Assembly: GCA_000165345.1 (NCBI GenBank)
Contig: CM000429.1
Span: 544,001-608,000 of the forward strand
Direction: 5' to 3'
DNA length: 64,000 nucleotides
The notes beneath the pieces were generated by a model that was not told the DNA's origin, searched no databases, and saw only the letters and a list, made by a program, of their open reading frames with translations. Each line of letters opens with the position of its first letter. Within the stretch, counting starts at the first letter, position 1. Both the position numbers and the translations under genes were made by a program. Shown piece by piece: positions 52,450 through 61,275 of this stretch.

Positions 52450-54531
52450 TTAGTCATCGAGGAAGGAGGAGTAGTATCTTTCAGTATTGTAAAGGCTGCA
52501 AAAAACCTGGTTGCCGCCAAACCAGCGGTTATTAAGTGCAGGAACAGCAATTTGTGCCATGGATGGCGACTCAAATACGACGAAAATACGTACTCTATCC
52601 GAAGGTTTAGAAATATTGTTCGAAACATGTATACGAACGTCGTAAACTTTTCCATATTTACTGCACTCTATTTTAACCTCCTCTTTAAGTTCATCATCAA
52701 TTTCATCAGGGCCAACCATATTTGTAAGCAGAATAATGTTGGTGCTACTAGCAGATCCTGAAATTGCACCGGGGATCTGGTATGGCGCAGGCCCATTGCT
52801 CAATGGATACCCAGGTGGTTGTTGGTATATTGGGAGTGGAGGCGGAGCCACATTAGGCATTTGCATCATTGAAGGTAAAACCATTTGATGAGGAATACCC
52901 ATTGAGGGCATTTGGGAGGGTATCACATTTTGAATAGGATTAATCATAGGTATTTGGCCAACTGTGGCTCCAGAAACTCCTGATTGAGTTCCTCCGCCCC
53001 CACCGCCTACTTGAGGTTTAAGCGCAGTTGCAACATTAACTTTGAGTTGTTTTCCGCCTACTTCAAAGCCATTCATAGTTTCTATCGCAAGTTTTGCTTG
53101 ATCTGCAGTACCAAATTCAATAAAGCCATAGCCACGATGGGTACCTGGCTTTTCTATTGAAGGGATTAATTGGCAACTAAGGATAACACCAAAAGTCTTG
53201 AAAATATGCCTCAGATCGTCAGTTGTAAAAGAGTAGGGAACAGAACCAATATAAATTCTGTTTTGTGAATGAGTTGCAATTCCTGTTCCGTGAGTAGTTT
53301 CTGATTGAATTTGATGATTTTGATGGGTAATATGGTTGTTATTAAAAACAGCAATATTTGGATTAATGACATTCCCTGAGCCCCCTCCTCCTATGCCTCC
53401 GCTTCCGGATTGATTACCATTACTAGATGCCGCATTAGTAGGCCTGCCTACCCTAATTGGTCTTCCTTTTAGTACAAACCTGTTCATTGTGGCCAAAGCC
53501 ATCTCTGCTGACTCCTGTGATGTGTACTCGATAAAGCAGAAGCCTTTAGAGCGGTTGCCTTCTCTGGGCATGTCAATATTCACGATTGGGCCGAATGAGC
53601 CAAAAACCTGCTTAAGATCCGCCTCGTTCAGTGAATAATCCAGAGAACCGACATAGATGCGAGATATCTGACTGCTTTGCCTGGGCCCCGCCCCTGTTGT
53701 TGTACCTGAGCTCACAGTAGAGTTTGCTCCGATACTATTTCCGGATCCTATGGTAGAATGTCCAGGACCCATACCCAAATTAGAATTCGAGTTAGTTACA
53801 ACTCCATTATTTCCAGTTAAGGTACCAGATACCCCTGAGAAATGGCCATGAGGATTTCCTGGTACGGGAGCTAAGTTCGGGGAGTTGCAGCTATTGTTGC
53901 TCTGAGCGTCCCATCCCGAATTTGCTCTTTTCCTGCGTTTCTTATGGCTTGAGTCAATTGTACCTGAATTATGAGGCGAAAAGGAACCGCTGATTTTGCT
54001 AAACTCCTCAACACTCTGACCCTCCTCCAGACTAGGACTCCTAGACCTTCTTCTAGGTATCCTAGGGATACCCTTTATTCCCTGTTTGTCTGATTTTCCA
54101 GAGGCAGAATTATCGGTAACAGTCTCAGTTTCGCCAGGCTCCTCTCCCTCTTCAGAGGCAGCTTCTCCACCTGTCAACAGACCCTCCTCGGTGCGAGATC
54201 CGATACTCAGATCCTTTACCTTACCATTTATTAATTTCCTATCATTTTCGTAACTACTTACATCATCCTCTGATACATCCCCAGTAGGATGCCCATTTAA
54301 GTTAGGATCCGGTACTGAAAGCTCCGTAACATTGGCAGATGCATAGCCTTCTTCCCCAGCTTCAGTTGGGCCCGATTTTTCGAGACTTGCGAGGTCCTTG
54401 GACTCTACTTCCTTATCTGAGAAAGTGCTAAGACTACGGCCTTCCTCCTCCTCCTCAACCTCTTTATTATACCCAACTTCTTCTTCTCCAACCTTCACAA
54501 CTTCAAGCTCAGAAGCTCCTTCATCAATCAT
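52450..54531 (-). CDS. PUF60/FIR-type splicing factor (2 RRMs + C-terminal UHM)
   Basis: 693 aa. RRM1 is RIYVGSLDYSLNEADLKQVFGSFGPIVNIDMP...KGFCFIEYTSQESAEMALATMN. RRM2 is RIYIGSVPYSFTTDDLRHIFKTFGVILSCQL...YGFIEFGTADQAKLAIETMNGFEVGG. The C-terminal UHM is LLTNMV...KIECSKYGKV...RIFVVFESPSMAQIAVPALNNRWFGGNQV. The N-terminus is a long G/S/N-rich low-complexity region. Confidence 0.8.
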   Translation of the reverse strand: MIDEGASELEVVKVGEEEVGYNKEVEEEEEGRSLSTFSDKEVESKDLASLEKSGPTEAGEEGYASANVTELSVPDPNLNGHPTGDVSEDDVSSYENDRKLINGKVKDLSIGSRTEEGLLTGGEAASEEGEEPGETETVTDNSASGKSDKQGIKGIPRIPRRRSRSPSLEEGQSVEEFSKISGSFSPHNSGTIDSSHKKRRKRANSGWDAQSNNSCNSPNLAPVPGNPHGHFSGVSGTLTGNNGVVTNSNSNLGMGPGHSTIGSGNSIGANSTVSSGTTTGAGPRQSSQISRIYVGSLDYSLNEADLKQVFGSFGPIVNIDMPREGNRSKGFCFIEYTSQESAEMALATMNRFVLKGRPIRVGRPTNAASSNGNQSGSGGIGGGGSGNVINPNIAVFNNNHITHQNHQIQSETTHGTGIATHSQNRIYIGSVPYSFTTDDLRHIFKTFGVILSCQLIPSIEKPGTHRGYGFIEFGTADQAKLAIETMNGFEVGGKQLKVNVATALKPQVGGGGGGTQSGVSGATVGQIPMINPIQNVIPSQMPSMGIPHQMVLPSMMQMPNVAPPPLPIYQQPPGYPLSNGPAPYQIPGAISGSASSTNIILLTNMVGPDEIDDELKEEVKIECSKYGKVYDVRIHVSNNISKPSDRVRIFVVFESPSMAQIAVPALNNRWFGGNQVFCSLYNTERYYSSFLDD

Positions 54532-55020
54532 TAGATTAATGTGGTTTCCTATTCGAAAATCCTTATCTTTTTCAATTTAAGGACGAATTGGTGTTGCTTG
54601 TGCTTTTATTACTAAATTATAACTTTTGGTGTAGACAAAGCCAATTTGGCGCTGACAGCTCCCCGCAATGCCTCCTCGTTTTTTACAGCACGAGGTGCAC
54701 CTTACCGCCCAACTTGGCCCAAATTTTAGCCAGTATTTCAATGTAAGGTAGCTCCTCTCTGACGCCCCTCAAAGATTTAATTTCATTTACAGGTGAGGGG
54801 ACTAATTGCTCTCTTAAATTGAGGACTGGCAGAAACTGCATTACTAATTAATAAAAATTTTTGTTCTTTACCAGTTCTCTTAATCGCAATTAGTCTACGA
54901 TAGCAAACTAAGGCTAAAAGCTGTAACCTTTTATTTTCGATTCTGAAGATATAAAAATAGGTAGCAATAAAAATTACGAGAAATTTGAATAACATGAGGA
55001 TAATAGAATAAGAGGGCATA

Positions 55021-57606
55021 ATGGATGATCTACTTTCCAGCATTAAACTCAAGATACTATCTGAAGCACAATCTGAGAACTTAGGTGGTAGCTTCCCAGA
55101 AAACATAAGAAAACTTTTAGGGACGGTTGAGGAAGAGCTCAGAACTGTTAGAGAGTCAGTACTAGAAAGCATTGATATTTCAAACATAAACTATGTAAAG
55201 TCAAAGAAAGAATTGGACTCTCTACAAACAGAAACTGTGGCATTGAGGAAAACAATTGCATCCATTGAAACCAAGGTTGAGGGCGATTTAGGTTCTTCAA
55301 AAGGAGTTTCTGAAATGGAAGAAATAAATAGCATTAAGAGGGACCTAGCGACTCTCAAGAAAGCAAGTATTTTCTTTGAAACTATTGCACAGCTTCACTC
55401 TATATTTGCCGAATTTGATAACTACTTGGTTGAATATGAGTTTGATTTGGCAGCAGACGCCCTAAGTAATGCTGATCAAAAGCTGAATGAGATCAACTTT
55501 GACGACAGCAACATTAACCAAATTGGGTCAGAAAATATTACAGGGAACCGAGCTATACAACAAGTCGAAGAAGAAAAGGACATTTTTGAAGAAGTGAAGA
55601 TTGAGTACCTCCATAGAAGGGGAAGACTTGTGAGTATCGTTGAGCTACTATTTAGATATATTTTCCATTTCGAACGCAACGAAATAAGAATAAGACTGAG
55701 TCTTCCAAGAAGCGTGCTTATGGAGGTGTCAGATTTTAGCCTTGGGTATGACTCAGAAAAGCCTTGTTCAGAAGACGGGGATGAGGTCAGAATCTCTCTT
55801 CAAGACGTCTGGTACTCTCTTATATCACTTGGCGTTGTGAATGAACATGTAGCGTATCTTTCAAAACTTTGTATTGAAAATATTCTAGATCCTCTGGTTT
55901 CCAAATCAAGCAAACTCTCTACAGAGAAAAATTGCGGGTATAAATTGCTTCCCTTTGAAACTAGATTTCACAATGAATGCAAATGGGAATATAAGGTTGT
56001 GTGTAACAAGTCAGGTGACAAAAATAAGGAATTTGATGGAGTAGAAGACTGTGATAACCAACGATCAGTTTATGAACATGCAATTCCTGTTTTAATCTCG
56101 ATTCTTAAGTTTTTATCTGATGACTGCTTTACAGGTAATATTCAAGTGATCTCCTTGTTTGGTAAGTACACCTGGAGTTGGATTTCACCCAGATTATTGC
56201 ACGGTGTTTCTTCAACACCCACCACAAAAGATTGTCAGATTTTGAGAGAATTTGAAGTTCAAGCCAGATCACTTCAAATTATCCCAGCAGGAGAAGACAC
56301 AATTTCAAATTACGTTAACCAACTGGAGACAAGTAGATATGAGGAGAGGAAGTTGCATGCTTTGAACTTCGCAAGGGAGATTATAATGCGCGATGATCCC
56401 TCTATCATTTTAGTTGACGATTCCACAGAAATTGGGTCTCTTACAAATCTGCTTGAGCAATGTGGGGTACAAAAATCAAAGGCAGATAAATGCGATGACC
56501 TTTCAAACCTAATTAGCCTTATTGGTGAAGGAGATCTTATCGGTAATATGGAGATTGATTCATTTTCTTCAATCCAAAATGAAAACGAAAGTTTTCTCCA
56601 ACTTCAAATTTGCGGAGTTAGTTCTTGTGCTCATTCTCTGATTCAAAAGATACATCAGCTTCTCGATGAAGCTCTCTTGGATGCTCAAAAGCATTGCTTA
56701 AGCTCTGCAAAGCAAGGATACTTCCTTGTCAGGGAGTTAGTAATGCTATTTATATTACTCAGACCAACTATTCACAAAGAAAGGTTAGACAGTGATCCTC
56801 TCTTTGCTGCTACATTTTATACAGATTGCACCTATTTAATTCACCATCTAATATTAATTCCTTTCACATATGGTAGTAAATTTCCACCACCAATTCCAAA
56901 TATTGGTTCATTTGTTGACCTCCTATTAACTCTCAGGAAACTTCAAGAAACTGCAATTTCCAGCCTTTTGACCAAAGAGTCTGAATCAATACGTGAGTTA
57001 CTAGAAGAAAAGGCACTTTCAATGGAATCAATGAAGAATATGTCTTTAGATCAAACATTCATAGAAGTTGAAACAATAATTGTTGACATAGTCCAACGGC
57101 TTAAGAGAGTTTCTTCAATGTTTTCTTCCACTCTTCCAATCAATATTTATCTTGAAAGCTTTGGAATTCTTGTTGACGAGACTATAAGAATTACTCTTGA
57201 CCAAGTTTTAAAACTTGCAACCTCTGACGATGTGCAGGATGTTTCACCAGACGATGCGTCTGCCTTAGTCCTTCTATTAAATAACCTGGCATCACAAATA
57301 CAAAGACTTTTTGAATGCCATATATTCAAAATTAATAATAAGGATGGATCAGCATCTAATTTTGGTGTGCACAACTCTAGACTAATATATAATGACCCGC
57401 CTTCCCTTGTTGGCTACCTTAAGCACTGGGAATCTTTCACCGTACTTAGAGATACTCTTGATGCAGATATTGCGAGCGTAGTTCAGCAAAAAAATAAAAT
57501 AAAAGCACTTTTCCAAGATTATGAAATAAGGGGAATCCTAAACTTGAACCCATTTCTCTCATCTAACGTCGATGAGGTATATTATATTATTGTTTCCTCT
57601 ATTTAA
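55021..57606 (+). CDS. ZW10/Dsl1-family tethering/kinetochore protein (tentative)
   Basis: 861 aa. The C-terminal half is co-linear with ZW10. [24 protein letters not shown] matches [51 protein letters not shown] matches [28 protein letters not shown]. The N-terminus is coiled coil. The call rests on recalled similarity only. Confidence 0.4.
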   Translation: [861 protein letters not shown]

Positions 57607-57791
57607 ATCACTATATTATACATTTTTAAGTAGGTTTACTTCATTTTTATATAAATTTTTGTTCTCGCTGTCGTTTTTTGCTAGTTACATTTCGATATAA
57701 GTCTTTAGAATTAAACATGTACTTGGCGCCTTATGTCCTACAATAACTTTTTATTGGGAATTACTTAAGTTGATCTTTTTGGGAATAGCAA

Positions 57792-59687
57792 ATGACTGTA
57801 TATAAGTCTCTACTGAATTCAAATGCACTAAATATTTTTAGAGGATACATAAAAGGTATTTTATCAGATAAAAATGGAGGTTTTAGCCCACGATCAACAA
57901 ACATATGCATATATAAGCAAGTAGCAGATTCACTTTCCAATAATATTAAGGGTCTAGTTCTGCATATTCTTAATGAAGAATTGGAAAAAAATTCAGAAAA
58001 AGAGTTAGCAAGCACAATCGATCTTAACTTAATTGATCTGATTACTGATAATTACTTATATTTAAATGCTCCAATATTGCCACTTGAAAGTCTATTAAAC
58101 AATGAGTTCGAAAGAATAATTAACAGTAGCAAAGATAAGTCTAATAACTTCATAATTATTGAACTCCCAAGACATTTTACGTCGAACTCCTTATTCTTTA
58201 AGAATTCAGCTAATAAACAAGTTGAAGAAGAAGATGGTCTAGACTCTGATAATGAGTTTTGTAAAGAAGTAACACATTTTGGAGTTTTCAACACTACCAC
58301 AGATGATGCCTCCAACAAGCTTGAAGAATCTATTTACAGAGTCTTGAAAAGATTTATTGAACGCGCTATGATGCAAGAAAATTTTAATATTCATTTAATA
58401 ATGCTTTCACCATATTTCAAACCACCTCAATTTTTATTGGGAAAGGGAATGTTCGAGATCTACCTTTCTATTGAATGGGAAGCTAGTAAATCTAATTTAA
58501 TTCAACTAATTAAAGATGTTTTTAAGGGTATTGAAGTTGAGAATGGTGTAATTGAGATGATAATTGCTTCCGTTTCACATCAAGACAGTGCATTTTCCAA
58601 ATTGATCGAATTATGTTTTGAATTAAAACACTCTCTTGCTACTAAATATATTGGGAGAAGGATCTTAAAAAGAGAGGATATAAATTTAAATTGCAAAATG
58701 AAAATTAGAAATGAAGATGCACAAGATTTCTTGCAAAAATATAATTCAAAATTATTAAATTCCTACTATTCTTCTTCTATTGACTCTTTGATTGCAACCA
58801 AAATCTCAATAGATAGTGATTTTGTAGGACTAAATGAGCTTAGAAAATCTATCAAAGATTCAATAAATGCATTAGAGCAGTTTAGTGAACGTTCTGAAGT
58901 TTCAGAAAACGAAATTGATACATATGGATATCCAATATCTTGGTTTTTATGGGGAAGCTCAGGAAGTGGAAAAAGTACTCTTGTCAGAAGTATGGTATCT
59001 ATTAGCCCAAAAGTGAAGGTATTACTTTGTAATGTTATTGATTTAATAAGCCCCTTTCACGGAATTACAACACGTAATCTTAGACGCATATTTAAAAATG
59101 CAATAAATTCTAGACCATGTATATTGGTATTCGATGATATTGAAACTTTGGGAGCTTTTACAAAAAAAGATGATATATCTGAAGGTGAAGTCAGATCAAA
59201 AATTAATAAAGAGCTTGCATCTACTTTTCTATATCTTCTGGATTCAGTTATATCAATTAATCAAGATGGAGATTTAGGTAATGATCTATTGCAACAAATG
59301 AAGATAAACGTACAAGATAGGAGCTTAGAGGAGGCGATTGATCATTTTAATTCTAAAGTATCAAGAAAAGTTGCAGGAATAATGATCATTATGACAAGTA
59401 GAAATAATATGGGTGACTTCTCAACTGAACTTTTACTGAAAGTCCAAAGACATTCTTTTTTACAATTACCATCTACAAAAGAACTTTTAGAAAGTATACG
59501 TGAAAAAGATAATGATGAAGTATCAGCTACTGCAGAAGAAATTGCCAATGAAATTCAGAATCTGCAAGGTGATCGGCTAATTAATGTCAGTGAATTTAAA
59601 ATCCTTGTTCAAAATAAGCTTTATGAAAAATATGCGAGCAGGGAAGCAAATTCAAAAACTTCTGAAAAAAAATCCTTAACTAAATAG
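57792..59687 (+). CDS. Divergent AAA+/P-loop ATPase domain protein
   Basis: 631 aa. Walker A is WFLWGSSGSGKSTLV at about residue 390. Walker B is PCILVFDDIE. The N-terminal 380 aa and C-terminal 120 aa have no recognisable domain. Confidence 0.55.
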   Translation: MTVYKSLLNSNALNIFRGYIKGILSDKNGGFSPRSTNICIYKQVADSLSNNIKGLVLHILNEELEKNSEKELASTIDLNLIDLITDNYLYLNAPILPLESLLNNEFERIINSSKDKSNNFIIIELPRHFTSNSLFFKNSANKQVEEEDGLDSDNEFCKEVTHFGVFNTTTDDASNKLEESIYRVLKRFIERAMMQENFNIHLIMLSPYFKPPQFLLGKGMFEIYLSIEWEASKSNLIQLIKDVFKGIEVENGVIEMIIASVSHQDSAFSKLIELCFELKHSLATKYIGRRILKREDINLNCKMKIRNEDAQDFLQKYNSKLLNSYYSSSIDSLIATKISIDSDFVGLNELRKSIKDSINALEQFSERSEVSENEIDTYGYPISWFLWGSSGSGKSTLVRSMVSISPKVKVLLCNVIDLISPFHGITTRNLRRIFKNAINSRPCILVFDDIETLGAFTKKDDISEGEVRSKINKELASTFLYLLDSVISINQDGDLGNDLLQQMKINVQDRSLEEAIDHFNSKVSRKVAGIMIIMTSRNNMGDFSTELLLKVQRHSFLQLPSTKELLESIREKDNDEVSATAEEIANEIQNLQGDRLINVSEFKILVQNKLYEKYASREANSKTSEKKSLTK

Positions 59688-59770
59688 TCTAATTAGTGGG
59701 ATATCAAATTTCAGAACTAAATCAAGAATTATAAAAATTTATCAATGCTTTATTTTAATTTATATTTATT

Positions 59771-60964
59771 CTACTTTTTTCCTGAATTAGTAACATTGAA
59801 TTTAAAGAAAATTATATCTCCATCTTCGACAACATAATCTTTGCCTTTTTGTAAATATTTTCCTGCAGCTTTAATTGCGGCTTCGCTTCCCAATTCCATT
59901 AGGTCGGTAAATTTGTACACTTCTGCGCAAATGAAGCCTCTCTCAAAGTCAGTGTGGATAATACCTGCAGCTTGTGGAGCTTTTGTTCCACTTCTGATAG
60001 TCCAACATTTAACTTCATCTTCTCCTGCTGTGAAATAATGTAATAAGTTTAGTGCCGAATAACCAGTGTTGATGATTTTGTCGATCATACTCTTAGAGGC
60101 CCCCTTTTCCTTGATGTATGCCATTTTTTCTTCTTCAGTGTGGAGCTCAGCCAAAGCCGCTTCAAACTCAGCACTGTAAGGTATTATTACTCCATCAATG
60201 TGCTCTTTAACCCATTCAGCAATTTTGGGGAGGAACTTATTCTTTTGACGAATATAATCCTTTTCAGAAAGATTTACTAAATAAACAACAGGTTTTGCTG
60301 TCAAAAACTGGTGCTCGTTAAGCAATTCAACCTCTGAGGACTTCCAATCATATTTGCTACTAATCCAGTTGCCAGCCTCAAGGTGAGCATAGACGTCCTT
60401 AAGAATTTGTAAAGCAGCTACTTGTTCCTTCTTTGTTCTGTCTGTCCCATTCTTCGTAAGCCTGTTCAGCTCTGAAATTAGCTTGTCAACTCTCTCTAAA
60501 TCCTTCATCCTCAACTCATTACTGATTGTTTCCAAATCCTTGACAGGGTTAACCTCCCCCTCCGTATGTACAATTTCGTCGCTTTCAAATGCTCGAACTA
60601 CATGATAAATTCCATCAACTGCCTGGATATTGGAAAGAAAAGCGTTTCCAAGACCTTCACCCTTATGAGCTCCTGGGACAAGCCCCGCAATATCGAAGAT
60701 TGTCAAAGTTGCAGGAACTTCACTTTTTGGGCTGAAATGCTTACAAAGTGCTCTAAAACGATCATCTGGTACATTCATCCTCGCCTCATGAGGCTCTATT
60801 GTACAAAATGGAAAATTCTCCGCTGGAACTGCCTGCTTACAAAGTAGGTTGAAAGTTGTTGATTTTCCCACATTAGGCAAGCCTACCAATCCCATCTTTA
60901 GATTCCCCCTGGGTCTCCCCAAAAGCACCTTAACTTCCTTCTGTTCATTCTTTTTTGGTGGCAT
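59771..60964 (-). CDS. Obg-like ATPase 1 (OLA1/YchF)
   Basis: 397 aa. The run LKMGLVGLPNVGKSTTFN...FCTIEPHEARMNVPDDRF...IFDIAGLVPGAHKGEGLGNAFLSNI has G1-G3 and the YchF-specific motifs. The C-terminal TGS domain reads HTDFERGFICAEV. Confidence 0.9.
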   Translation of the reverse strand: MPPKKNEQKEVKVLLGRPRGNLKMGLVGLPNVGKSTTFNLLCKQAVPAENFPFCTIEPHEARMNVPDDRFRALCKHFSPKSEVPATLTIFDIAGLVPGAHKGEGLGNAFLSNIQAVDGIYHVVRAFESDEIVHTEGEVNPVKDLETISNELRMKDLERVDKLISELNRLTKNGTDRTKKEQVAALQILKDVYAHLEAGNWISSKYDWKSSEVELLNEHQFLTAKPVVYLVNLSEKDYIRQKNKFLPKIAEWVKEHIDGVIIPYSAEFEAALAELHTEEEKMAYIKEKGASKSMIDKIINTGYSALNLLHYFTAGEDEVKCWTIRSGTKAPQAAGIIHTDFERGFICAEVYKFTDLMELGSEAAIKAAGKYLQKGKDYVVEDGDIIFFKFNVTNSGKK

Positions 60965-61275
60965 TTTTCAACAGATATTTCGTATTTCACTTAATTAAAT
61001 GTAACAATAATAACTGCAAATTTTATTGCCCTAACTCATTTATTTCCAAATAATTAATATTTGCCATATAAATGGAGTTACCGCCGAATTAAGAGACGCA
61101 TTCCCCCTCGCAAAGCCAATAAATACAATTTATGAATTGATGTAAAATGTCAAAAAAAAACCAGAAAAAATAAGATTTTGTGTGCCTTAACAAAATTAAC
61201 AAATATAAGCTATGCTAATGATTACTTAAGTAATATTAAAATAGATTCCTTTGTAGTTTGTTTTCAATATATCTC

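Noticed and set aside
52216-52655. Small minus-strand ORFs (65 and 81 aa) in the A-rich spacer downstream of PUF60
   Set aside because: No start or splice context and no motifs. They overlap the PUF60 stop region and look like a compositional artefact.
39078-54531. Apparent clustering of RNA-processing and transcription genes (DHX16, SmF, RPB3, PUF60, Bud23, TAF5, RPA2) as a functional island
   Set aside because: The genes are on both strands and interleaved with unrelated functions (CAX, MetAP, kinase, GTPase). Such housekeeping density is expected in a compact eukaryotic genome. There is no evidence of co-regulation.
54783-55187. 134-aa minus-strand ORF overlapping the 5' end of the ZW10-like gene and its promoter
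   Set aside because: It is antisense to a long conserved CDS. It runs into the GC-rich spacer and has no homology.
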